This document shows positions 25,197-38,030 of a stretch of DNA of 64,000 bases, in pieces. Position 1 is the stretch's first letter, and each line of letters opens with the position of its first letter. The stretch is taken from positions 28,334,001 through 28,398,000 of the forward strand of contig OX638153.1 of the NCBI GenBank assembly GCA_951804945.1, in the 5' to 3' direction. The notes beneath the pieces are model-generated. The model was not told the DNA's origin, did not search any database, and was given only the letters and a program-made list of their open reading frames with translations. The DNA is from Podarcis cretensis (lineage: Eukaryota). The position numbers were made by a program, and so were the translations under genes.

Positions 25197-28100
25197 TAAT
25201 GTGTTCTACATAGGGCTGCCCTTGAAGATAGTCTGGAAACTACAGTTAGGGGAAAATGTGGTGGCAATATGGCTGTGAGTTACTTCTTGAAGGGAAAAAA
25301 CTACAGGTAACTTTTGTTACGCTGTTTCTTCTGTTTTTTTTCTTAGCGCAATCCCAGTGCTAGGCTCTGTTTCATCCTTCCCCATTTTACTTTGGATATG
25401 AAGAAATCTTTCCACACAGGAAGGAAAGCTTCAGGGAGCCTGATGAGAGCATATGTTTCTTCCTCATAAGTTTTTCTGAAATGAGAGTTCTGAAAACAGT
25501 GTTTTGACTTCATTAGATGGATCCTACAGCAGGAAAATGTTGGTGGTTTCCCCCACCCCAAAAAAGGAAAATAAATAAATCATAAATTGTTCAGAGAAGA
25601 AAAAAGCCCACTCCACGAAAACTTCTGAAAACTTCTTTTAGACAGGTTTTCTATTAATTCTTTATGCAGCATCTGGCAACAAAGGCGCAAAACAGAAAGC
25701 CCCAAGAAATGTTATTTTTATCTATGAAACATTTTGATCTAGTTTTAGCAGAAAATAAAGCCATATTTCCTAAAATGGTATATATTTTTTTATCTCCATG
25801 GGGAAGATCATGGGAGGGAAATACTGATTATCTAGTTCAAAGCAGATATATGTTTCTGATGTATATAAATAAGTGCTATTTCTTTGTGAAACTCTGATCC
25901 AAGGCTTTCCCCCCACCCTCTGAGGGCAGGGAAGAAGAATCTATATTAGAAAAAAGTATCCTAGATCAGTATGCATGAGAAGGTTAAATGATATTTTGGA
26001 CTCTACTGTATCTTTTAAAAAACAGTAGGGTATATCTGTAGAACCAAATGACATTGGCAACACTGCTGGGTAGATTCACCACCATATTTACTCAGATAAT
26101 GGTAGATGGTGACATGGGAATTTGATGTGATATTATTTCTCCTAATATATTTGTTTTTATATAAAGTTTTGACTAATGTATACTTTGGGCATACCAGCCA
26201 AAGCTGGGCAAAGATATCTTTGGTATCACACTGTGCCATGTTTGCTAGGTACTTGAAGCATAAAATTGCTCACATTTGTAATGACCTGGATGCCATGGTT
26301 GATGCGTTTCAGTCAGTGGAGGTGTCTAGGGCATTGTTTGGCTCTACCTTGTTGCATGATTTTCAGTTATTAAGGCCACAAGCCCCTTTGCCAAGTCTAG
26401 CCAGCCATTTGTTTGCTTCCCTCTTGCTCCTCTTTGCTTTTTCTTTTTTCTTCATCTAGCAGCAGTGCTGGCCCTCATGGAGGTGGAGTGAAGCAACACC
26501 AGCCAATTTCTGGCAAAATCTCTTGGGATTTCAGGAGATCTCACTGGAAATTGACATTGATGCTGGCACCGCTCATTGCTGCACATTTGGCATGAAGGGA
26601 CCCTTCATAACCTGGCTTCTATACAAAAAGAGTAGAACTGGCCCATCTGTGTTTGTTTGTTTGTTTCCCCTGTTTATACAGCGAAGAAGAACAGTTCTCA
26701 TGATATGGTGGGGCCTCATAATGGCCATGCTGTAAGTAGTGGTGTGTCTTTGTTTCTCTACCCAGTTTGTTGTTATTTCATTTCCCATTCATTTAAATAG
26801 CTTTATTTTACTAGTTCATTCATTTTCCTATTGATATATATATGGAAAATCCCATCGGTCTTCTGCTGCATACACTGACTTTTTCCAGGCCATCAGACCT
26901 GCCAACTTTCAGAGAGATAAGACAAGGGTCATACATTTTATAGACAATTGAAAAGGGTCTGCTCTTATGACATTCAGTTACTTTCAACAGGAGAACCCAG
27001 CTGCATTTATCCTGCTTATAAGTGGAATTTTCTATCCTACTGGCATGAAATCTTTAGATGTACTTCCAAACAAAGCCCCTAGCACCAGATCTGCCAGATT
27101 TCAGATAGTTAGGACACAGGGATACCATTTTATAGGTAATTAAGGAAGGTGTACAGACGCAACCTAAATGCTACCTGTACTAAATAGAGATTCCTGCTTT
27201 GTGAATTTCACAGTGCCAGCCCTCCTGCCTTGCCCGTACAAAGAGTTCTAGCCCATTTATTCCATGCATAACAATTACCACTTTTGAAAGTGGTTAGAAA
27301 CAAACGAAAGAAGGAATAATTGTTTTCCATTCATTCAAATGAATGTGCATCCTTGTGATAAGGTTCAAAAAGTTGACCTTGTTAGTTCTGCAACATGTAA
27401 AAATGTCATACACACAAGCATAACGGGAGCATGGACCCAGCTGTCTTTTGTCACTGTTGCAAGGCTGTTTTTGATCTTTGTGATTTGTTTTCTATTGTTT
27501 TAGCGAGGGCTCAAATGGGAATTTTTTGAAAGGATTCTAATAGATCAGCGCAAGACAGAGCCAGCTATTTCCCCACTTCTTTAATGCCTCTGTGAACCGC
27601 TAAGGCTCAAAGAAACAGAAAGGGAAATTATTTTGGAGGAAAGAAAGAAAATTGCAGGGGGAATTGGGATGGCACTGGGATAAGCAACTCTTACTCTTAA
27701 CTTTGGTAATAGCTAGAATTACGCAAAACTGAAGAAACCCTCAGAGCTCAGATTTCAGTTCAAAAGGTCTCCAACCGCTCATAAAGTCTATGAATAGATG
27801 GTCTGGAGGAGGGAGGAGGAAAAGGTAGAGGATGGGTGGCCATTTTGGCATGAAAAGACTAAAAAGCCATACCACTCAGGTCTCCAAAGATGCCTTCCAT
27901 TTGATCATAAATACAGCTTGATGAAAAGAATAGAAATTGTGTAATTTTTCACCAGCTCACTATGTCTACAGCCTCAGTTTAAGTGTACGGTTGTAATTTT
28001 AATTTCCATAGCTCTTGACATTATGTTGTTCTCAGGGAAAAAAAGAGATAGATATGCACACCACATCTAAATAAATAATTGAGTACTTTAATGCAAATGC

Positions 28101-28732
28101 TTGCTTTGAAGCTTTGTTTTAATGCTTTTTATAAAGCTGAGCTGAAGGGAAATTTCCTTTGACATGTAGCAAGAAAGAAATAACCCTGGATGTGATTTCT
28201 CTAATGAATGCTACCAATGAGAGAACTCATAAATAATATTGTGTCCCCAAAGGCTTAGTTCAGGAGGTCTTTAAGCAAAGGAGCAATTAATTACTTTAGT
28301 GGGATTAAGCACATGTTTAAATTTAGGTATGTGTTTAAATACTTAGCAGCACAGGGAATTTGATGAATGAAAAACGATCACCGAAATCAATGAAAGTTTT
28401 GCAGGCCAGGGATTTCATAAAATCCTAGAATTGTAGAGTTGGAAAATACCCAAAGGATCATCTAGTCCAACCCCATGCAATTCATTTCTTCAGTGGATTA
28501 AGTTTTATTAAGGATCACAACAATTTTTTGATTGCCAAACCCAGCAGTTTAAACAGTCATTGTCTGTTGATGATTCCAGGCATTGATGGAAGCATAGGAA
28601 GCTGCTTAAGTCCAAGACCGGCCATTGGGACTTCTCTCTGTTGTCTGTTTACTGATTGGCAGCTTCCCCGGGTTTCAGACAAGGGGCATTTCCAACCTGG
28701 AGACTGAAACAGGGAACATTTGCATGCCAAGC

Positions 28733-29182
28733 CATACCCCCCCATTCCTCAGATGAAAATAGGGACATTTCTCACTGTCCCTCAACTGACTCTCTCCAAC
28801 CCCCCATTCTTTGTCTCCCCCACACAGAGCATTTCCTGTTAGAAGAAAGACAAGTGCTGCCACCACCTTCCTGCCCAGAGCAGCCCTGCCCTCTGCCTGC
28901 TCCTCAGAGTCTGCATGTCACACGGGGCACAGCCTCTCCTCCTCACTTGCTCTCCAGCAGCCCCTATGAGCTGCCCAAGGGGGGAGGCTGGCAGCGGCGC
29001 CCATGGAGAGGCAATGAGGTGCTTCCTCACAGCTGCCATAGCTTGGCACAAGCACCAGCTCACCCTCCTCTTTGAGCATGGCGGTGCTTGTGAGGGGAAA
29101 AGGGACATTCCAGGATCAAATCAGAAACCTGGGTGGCTTTCATAAATCTGGCCCTAGAAAATCAGGACACTTTGGAGTCCTG
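28733..29182 (+). mobile_element. hAT-like MITE (same family as 5086-5462)
   Basis: Shares gatgaaaatagggac and gggacattccaggatcaaatcagaaac..ggacact.tgga with 5325-5462. Confidence 0.6.
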
Positions 29183-32100
29183 TTAAGCAGGACATCTTAA
29201 CATCTTAACATCTTAAGCTTAACATCTGTTAAGCAGATGTTCTACCGCTGAGCTACAGCCCTTCCTCAAAGGTAAGCCAGGATCCAAAGAACCTCCAAGT
29301 AGTTCCACGAACACAAGGCAGCTTTAACCTTTGATTTCACAAAGAGTAGCCCCATCCGCCAATGCCACATGCCAAACTGCTTTTGAATCTAAGGCAGAAT
29401 GCAAAAGCAATTTGTGGTGGGGCAGGAGTGGGGGTACTATTCAAAGTCCTCCCCATCCCGCAATCTCAATATGTATGCCCAAGCTGCTAGACACACTTTG
29501 AGTATCTCTTTGGAGCCCATCAAATGCTGTATCACTTCCACTATTAAAGCTAGAATTCATCCTAAGCTTGAGAAGCAAAACAAAGCTCTCTGGCTTTCTA
29601 GGCAACAGTATTCTGTTTTTGTTTTGTTTTAAGTATGAGAGACACTTTCAAATCAGAGAAAAGCAGAAATATATCCTAAAGCGCTCTCTAATGCTGTTAG
29701 TTTCCAAGCTGTTTATTATTACTGCTTTTGTTTAAATCAGAGTAATAAAATGTAAAACCATGGATTAAATATGATTTGCAATAAGCTTGTATCATTATTT
29801 TTTTTGAAAAAAGACCTGGAAAGGTTCTGCTGAATTAACATTTAACGGCAAAATAATATAACTGCAAAGAACCTATAAAATCTCAGTAGGGTAAGTTGGA
29901 ATCCATTTCTGTCCCTGAATAATCTAATATTATTTGGAAATACTTGTCCCTAGTGGGAATATTTCAATGATACTTCTTGACATATTAATAAAATGGTCTC
30001 TCTTAATTTTTTTATATTTAAAATCATATATTTCTAGCAAATTTAAAAATGAATGTAAAAACAGGCATTACCCACATCATTCAAGTTGAAGAAGTACTCT
30101 GATGAAAATCTAATTAAGGATATTACTGGGGGAAAGAGGTTGGGGGGTACAACAGCCGCCAAACTGGTTCCTCAGAGATGAGGATATTAACTAGATGCAG
30201 ATATAGATGAGAGAATGAAGAATCTATAACCCCCCTTCCTGTGTCAACCGCTTGTAGGGGGTCCACACAATCAAATGAGAAGATGGGCTGTGCTGCTGTC
30301 CACACTCAGGAGGTCACACAGCTTCCTTGCCTCCCCTGCCCGCCCCCCCCCGCCAAACATCCATGCACTGAGTGTGGATGTCTGCAGAGGAAAAGCCTGT
30401 ATGTTCCTCAGATGCTAGAACTAGTGCATTGCTGAAAATGTATTTTCACCTTGCGGACCTGCCTACCACCTTGTCTCTCCCACTCACCCTACCAGGAAGC
30501 AGCCCACCTGCCAGGAAATGAGCATAGCAGCTCCTTTCCATCCGGGGAGCTACTTCTGGAGCACACCAAACAGAGGCGCATGATAACCAGGCTCTCTGAA
30601 TTCCCTCAGTTAAAGTCTGGGAGCAGACATTACAAAGCACCTCTCTCCCCTTTTCATATCAGGAAGCATGGGCAGCTGGGGAGGCGCGAGAACTCTGAAG
30701 AAATGTATCATAATGTTGGGAAACGCCAAGGCCGATGCCTCTCCCCCAACGCAGCGCTGCCCGGGATGATACATCCCTCCTGTGTCCCGTTGCGCTGATG
30801 TGGCCCATATCCAAGGACATGAACACACAGTCCAAACAGAAGCTGAGGTGCGACAGCTAAGCCTAATTTATTATGTAGAAAATCAAACTTAACAGAGCGA
30901 AGAAAACATGGCTCCTCTCTTACTTCCTTGGGGAGAAGGGAAAAGCAATACAGAATGGAACGGAACAGTGTATCTAAACTTCCGTTCCCATGACACCCAA
31001 CACTGTGGAATGTAAACACAGACGCGTAACATGTAACAATCACACATCTGCAGCACGGAGGAATGAAATTCCCAACACAGAGGGGAAACTACACAGACCA
31101 CCACTGGCCACTTTGCAACAATAAGACCACACCTTCCAAAATTCTAAAGTGTGGGGAAACAGGTGGGGGAAGAAAACCTCTGAGAAAACAGAGAACATGT
31201 TTTGACACAGCACCAGCTGGATCCCTGATTGTGTATGGTCCCATCTCCTGTGGAAACCTATACTCACTTTTGGCAGCTATGACATTGGGTTGGGCCATTA
31301 GGTATCAGTTACCCTGATAAAGGGGTCCAGGAAAGGTTTGCTTTGTCTGAAATTCCAGATAGGAACCATGGGCCATAGCAGCTTCCCAAGTGGTGGCCCT
31401 GTTGGAAATGTCCCGCTTGATGTATGTTGATGGGTAACCTGTTACTTAAGGTTGACCCACCTTACTGATCAAGCAGCAGGTGGGTTGCTTGATATCTGAT
31501 ACATACCCAATACCTTCGCCAAAACCAGCTCACATCTGTAATCGATAAAGCTGTGGCCTGTTTTAACCCAATTCTGATGTCCTATGTCTTATTTTTACCC
31601 TGGACTGACCCCTGGTGGGGCACATACTTTCCGTGCCTGGGCATGCAGGCCTACCCCATAAACACCCATGCATAATTTGTGAACATGGGGGAATGGGGAA
31701 CTATGCAACCTTGGGGTCAGCAATGTGGCCTTGTTGCCCCTTCAGCTCACGTGGACCCCCTTTTCACATGATTAATCTGTGAAGGGGCTAATGTGATATT
31801 CTAACATTACCCTTTCTATGTGAAAAATGTTAGCTTTCAACTCTCCTCTGTCTTTCACATTTTCAATATCCCATAGAAAGGAAGTTGTCTGCTTCTCATT
31901 AGGTCAATATTTAATTACAATAAACAGGTTGTTCTGGTTGCTTTTTAAATACAAAGTTAATCTATATTTCTATCCAAATGGAAATTTCCTCCATGTTGTT
32001 CAGTCAGCGGCATAGCTTAGCCTCAGTTTTTATTGCTCTTTAAGTATAGATGGAAAGCAGGGTAGCTAACAGTTTAAAGAAGAGAAACAAAAGCAGAACT

Positions 32101-32596
32101 CTGACGCTAAGCAGACCTGATAGCTAAATCGAGCTAGATTATTGAGCTTGCAGCTGCTTCTCCTGGTTGTTTTTTTTTTTTGGGGGGGGTGCCATTGGCT
32201 TCAGAGATACCAAAGTCACTGCCAATGCAGACATGACTTTAATTGCATAGTGAGCAAATCTCTAAGAGGTCTAGTAAAGTAGAAAAGAACATATTATTTT
32301 CATTTGTCCATTGTACAACCAGCTATGCAAACACTTTCTATCCCCTTTTTTGGGGTACTCTAATATCACGGCACAATGAAAATACAGATTCTATCTGTCT
32401 TACATTAACCTGGAAGTAACTGCAAGGGTGGCTGAGTTTTTATCAATAGTATCTCTTAGAGTGGTGAATGGCACTATTTAGTGGGAAGAAACTCCAATGA
32501 AAATCCTCATTATTGCCTATTTTTACATAGCTGTTTATTTGTATATATTTTAAGATTTTATATATGGATGTTTTATGATGGCCTATATTTGTAATG

Positions 32597-32923
32597 AGAC
32601 GTGGGTAGCGCTGTGGGTTAAACCACAGAGCCTAGGGCTTGTCGATCAGAAGGTTGGCAGTTTGAATCCCTGCGACGGGGTGAGCTCCCGTTGCTTGCTC
32701 CCAGCTCCTGCCAGCCTAGCAGTTTGAAAGCTCGTCAAAGTGCAAGTAGGTACCACTCCAGCGGGAAGGTAAACAGCATTTCCGTGAGCTGCTCTGGTTC
32801 GCCAGAAGCGGCTTAGTCACGCTGGCCACATGACCCGGAAGCTCCCTCAGCCAATAAAGCAAGATGAGCGCCGCAACCCCAGAGTCCGTGACTAGACCTA
32901 ACGGTCAGGGGTCCCCTTTACCC
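32597..32923 (+). mobile_element. Sauria SINE
   Basis: Typical body; TSD CCTATATTTGTAATG at 32582-32596 and 32924-32938. Confidence 0.92.
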
Positions 32924-33617
32924 CCTATATTTGTAATGCCTAATAAAGGTTTGGAGAAGTAAGTAAGACATAGAATCAATAAATAATATCATTAAAGCAA
33001 AACAAAAAACCCCAATAACACAAAACCAGCAATATAAAAGCATAAAAACAGGAATTCAGGGCAACACATGGTTCCTGGTTCATATATAGCCAATGGAGGA
33101 GCATGCTACAAATACAGGGACAATAGTGGAAAATGCCTGTTTTGGCGTCACTGTCCTATGCTTTATTTTATTTTATTTTATTTCATAACATAAATTTCAT
33201 AGCATTTATATACCACTTGATTTTTCTTATAACCCCCCCCCAACTGGTTATTATATTTTATGATATGCTGTAGAGTAGAGTACCGCAAGTATAATTTCCA
33301 TTCTTTGCGGTTATGCAGTCTTGGGGAGAAAATCCATTGATGCCCAAATCCCAGTTAAACCTTCTTTCCCTATGCACAACTGTCCTGATGAGAAACACCC
33401 ACACCCCGCAGCTGTAATTAAATGAAGAAAAAAACCACATAGCCCCAAGCTGCACATTTAACGTAATGTATGGTTTGACCCTATGACACAATACTTGTAT
33501 TTTTAGGCATTACTCATCCTCCCTCTCTTGCATGCAGCTCTCCAGCTGCGGAAGGGAGTTCTCAGAGGGCTCTAATTAGCCCTCCCTCCTTAACCTCCCC
33601 ACTGGCCCTCAGTTCAT

Positions 33618-33619
<2 letters not shown>

Positions 33620-33659
<40 letters not shown>
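33620..33659. repeat. (CT)n microsatellite
   Basis: Directly visible. Confidence 0.95.
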
Positions 33660-33662
<3 letters not shown>

Positions 33663-35804
33663 CTCTGCTCACACTTGCATTGTCCTGGGTGCACTACAAT
33701 GTTTTTAGCTATTACCACGTGCGGAAATCCATTAGCCCACTTTTCACTTGGCACCTGGTGCACATGTGATTCTTGCAACAAGCAAAGGGCCCTGAAGATG
33801 GATAGATACCTCTGTAAGGCATGGGATAGCTTTATGCTCACTGCAGTGGCTCGGTGCTAAGAATGCGTGAGGAGTTCAATTTCTGTGAATACTGATGCAA
33901 ACTGACCTGATCTGACCTCCCGGACAAATGTGTGGAGCAGAATGTAATTATCATTTCGATTTTGTGATATGGTTCTTGGCTCAGTAATGAACCAAAATGC
34001 ACTGAAATGCATGTTAAAGATAAGATGTGTTTAGAAATGTGTACATTGGTATAAACATAAATATTTAAATGTGAGTTTGTGATAAACATGAAATTTCATG
34101 TGGATCTTTCAAAACAGAAAATAGGAGGAATGGACATATGAATAACAATTGACCTGGAATAGACTACAAATCCCATCTCTATTCTGTGAATCTTCCCCTT
34201 CTTTTGTGTTTGCAAAAGGCACTGCTGTCACTTTAGTTTATTTATATAAATTGTTTTCTAGAAGTGCAACAGTTGGATGAAGCAGGATCATTTGCACAGT
34301 GCTTTAATTTTGTGTGCCTTGGCTCCTGCAAATGCTCCAATAAGTAGAGAGAGATTTCAGCAGGAGCTGATTCAAACAGTATTAACATCTGCTTTGCTGT
34401 TCTCTGAGGTATTCTAGTGATTTCCCGGAACTGGATTTAAGGATCTGGATTCAATTCCTCACTTGGTCAGAAAGCATAAGGGGAAGAGCTAAAGATGGTG
34501 ACAAGATTTTCTGGGCCCTGTATGCTATATATCAGACATGTTCAACCAGTCAACCGCGATTGACAGGTAGATCCCTGGGGTGATCCAGGTCGATTGCGCA
34601 TGCTCTTGGTCAATTGCGTTAATGAATAATGAATGTCACAACTCCCCGCCCCTGGCGTTTGGTCTGTTTGCTGCCACAGCAGCAAGCACTAGTAAGTGCA
34701 ACGCATTTGAGTGGAAGCGTAGGTAAAGAACCCCACCCCAAAAAGCTCAGTAACTCTGGGCAACCTTCCCCCGCTTCCACCCACCCACCCATGCTCCTCC
34801 CCCCTCCAATGACAATGGGTAGATCACTGCCAGTTTTTTTTTTTTACTAGGAGTAGATCGCAGTCTCTTGGGAGTTTGATGTTCCTGCTATATATTGATC
34901 TCACCTTTCTGCAATCTATCAGCAAAAACTTCTGCTGATGTCCATATAAGAACAGCTCACCTGTGTGGAGGAGCTGCAGCAATAGCCTCCCTCCAGTGGC
35001 ATCAGCAGGGCAGGGTGAGGAGTGAGATTGTGATGATTCTGTCATGGCGATGAAATCACAAACTTCATTTGCATTTGCTAGCCTTCTGCCATGCTAATGG
35101 TGGCAGTAGGCTGGGCCTAAGGTTGTCAACTTTTTATTTCAAGGAGGAGCGAGGCTAGACAAGCATGACAGAATTTGATTATGAGGACCTGGTATCCTGT
35201 GGTTGCAACTGAATGAACTGGTATGAAGGGTAGGGCTAGGATAGAATTTTTTAGATCATGGCATACCCTTCAAGACTTCACGGACAAAATAGGCATACCT
35301 TTGAAACATCCCAGTTCTTGTGCAGTTGGCGAGCATCCCTGGGTATAGCTTGCTGAAGGATCTGCCTTGCAACAGACTATCAGCGGTTCAAAAGGTATCT
35401 CTGGAACTGCATGTTATAAAGTGGCAAGCTGTGCCCCGCAAGGTGCCTTAGCATTCATATGTATGTGCCTGGAGGCAAAATACACACTACAATGAGATTT
35501 AACTTCTAGGGTCTCTTAGGGGGTGGGTGTGCACGAATCCTCCTGAAGAATGACCCTTCTAGAAATTAACACCAATGTTTTCTAACATCCCCAAAGGGCA
35601 GAAATGGGGGTAGCGACCCACCAGAAATAAGAAGGGTTGAAGTGTGTGAAATGCAACTGGTAGTATGGGTGGAGGTTGGTAGAAGTTGGCGTTTACTACA
35701 TTTTCAGGCCCCAGTATTGGTTGGCAGACAAAATACAGTATTATAGACAGCAAAATACCAGCTGGTACTGGGGAAAGGACATAGCTCAATGGTAGACATC
35801 TGAT

Positions 35805-35977
35805 AAGAGCTGTTCAACAGTGGAATGGACTTCCTCAGAAGGTTGTGGATTCTGCTTCACTGGAGGTTTTTAAGCAGAGGTGGATGACCGTCTGTCACAT
35901 ATAATCTAGTTGAGATTCCTGCATTGCAGGGGGTTGCACTAGATGGTCCTTGGAGTCGACCTCCAACTCTACAGTTT
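35805..35977 (+). mobile_element. CR1 LINE 3' fragment nested in an older tRNA-SINE (~35775-36112)
   Basis: cagtggaat..cactggaggtttttaagcagagg..gattcctgcattgcagggggttg.actagatg..ccaactctac. The flanks continue a SINE (atagctcaatggtag.. / aggcagcttcttatg). Confidence 0.75.
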
Positions 35978-37220
35978 TGTGCTTCTATGCATGCAGGTCC
36001 CAGATTCCATCCCCAGAGCTGGAATAGTTCCCTGTCTGAAACCCTGCCAGTCAGTAGTGTTAACTTGGATGCATCATCTGTCTGATTTGGTTGAAGGCAG
36101 CTTCTTATGATCCTACCAAGGGGATGTGCAGAGAGACAGAGAAAGCCAATGCAACAAACATAGCTGCAGCTGGAACCAGATGGATGCCATCCCAGCATAT
36201 TCTGTTATGTGCAAGCTATAAGGCATTGGCAGGCGCTCATGGAGACTGGAGCTGGGACAGTTGTACCCTTTCCATTGTCCTTTTGGTGGTCATTGATCAG
36301 TATCAGAGTACATGTTTTGCATGTAGATCAACCCTCAACATATTTAATACCTGACTCTCTGTAAGGCACTTCCAAACAAAGCAGGCCCTAGTGGGCTGCA
36401 TGACCTTAAGCACAGGTATTTTTTACTGGGCTTACAAATGATACATTTAAGAGATCTCTCCATGCTCTTCAAATTCCTTACTTTTGGCTGAGAAGCTACA
36501 GAAACCCTTTGGCCACAATGGGACTACTTCAGAAAAATTGGTTGAATGGTCATACTTTAAAGGATGCCTTTATCTTAAATATTAGAACCATGGACTTTAT
36601 AAGAGTTCTTTATTGAGAGAATATATACATGCAACCAAGGACACATGCAACCAAGTGTCTTCTGCCCCTACCCCACTTTAAAGCTGGTGCAGCATGAATA
36701 ATCTCACCAATAGCAGAGGATCCATCCATGCCATCTCCAGCTCCATGGCTCACTGTGAGGAGACAGCTTGCTTTGTTTGTGTGTTGTCCAGTCCCAATGG
36801 ATGGTTGCTTGATTTCACGCACATGTGAGCTGGCCCTTCAGTTCACCATCTGGCAAACTGAAACTATATGTCTTTGGAGAAGAGATAGATGCCCCTGGGA
36901 TGAAGTCAGCATTTTGCATTGGATAGCCTTGCCACCAAGGACACCTCAATGGATCTCAGAACACCATTCCATGCCAACATCTTTTAATAGTGCCTGTCAA
37001 AACTTTATGATCTTAATCAGATGATATCCTTCAAGTCCTTCTTAGATGGGAGGTGAAAAGAGGTCCTTCTCAGTTGTGATGCCCTGTCTATGGAATGCCC
37101 TCCCTAGGGAGGCTCCCCTTTGTCCCCAGGCAAATATATTTGTATGTGCTTGGGTTCTTCCAGTATGTCGTTGAAGGTGGCTTTAACTGATGGTTTTATC
37201 TCTCTACTGTGTTTCTGTGG

Positions 37221-38030
37221 TTGCGTGTCGAGGTCCCCAAGCCACCCCCCAAATAACTCACAATGCACACTTAATTTTTGTTCAAGGTTTTTGGCATAAT
37301 TTTGGCCACAACTTTATTTAAATACAAAGCCGTGAGTGGTTGTTTAGGCATTGGTTAAGACTATCTGTCCCCCCGCCTGGGGACAGAACTGACTTCTGGG
37401 CACCACTGAAATACAGTGCGGGGGAAAGCAAGTCGGGGAGAAATGGAGCTGAGTCACAGACCCTCAGTTCTCATCCGCATGCTCCCCGAAGGCTTGCCGG
37501 CCCTAGTCCCATTCCAGGGATTGGACGAAAAGATGGCAAGACCCAGGATTCCTTTAACGGAATTCCCTTTCCGCAGCAACCATGGAGGGGCAGGCCCAGC
37601 CTATCCTAACCCCTCCTCCACCAATTTATAACCAGTGCCTAACCGCAACCTTACAAGTTGTGACGATTTGCTACGCAGTAGGCAAAAACCAAATGGCCCA
37701 GCCAATCAGCCAGATGGACAAAATTCCTACCAGGCCCCTGCCCCAAAAGCAGGCGACCCCATGACAGGCATAGCAAGGTCAATGCAGCAACCCCTTACTC
37801 AAGGGCGGGTGGGCGGGTGATCCGTTGCAAGCACCAAAGAGAAAGCTCCAGGCTGCGTGCAGAGTATTTAAACATTTTACCGCTCCCACCAAAATTGCAA
37901 CATAACTTTTACCCCAGCAACCCAGTGAACCAATCACTGCCCCAGGCCATCTTTAGAGACCCTGCCTGGTAACAGAGGGGTGGCTCAGCAGACCCCACCA
38001 CAACACGTGCTCTCCATGAAGGAGAACACA
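37221..38030 (-). mobile_element. Solo A-B repeat unit of a diverged Ngaro family
   Basis: Collinear blocks shared with A2-B2 at 47597-48272: ggccacaactttatt, ttaggcattgg, gattcctttaacggaat, aagttgtgacgat.tgctacg..gtaggc.aaaacca, cctaccaggcccc, catagcaagg. Right boundary approximate. Confidence 0.8.

Noticed and set aside
31005-31020. miR-1/206-like TGGAATGTAAA
   Set aside because: Only the first 11 nt match and no precursor hairpin is evident.
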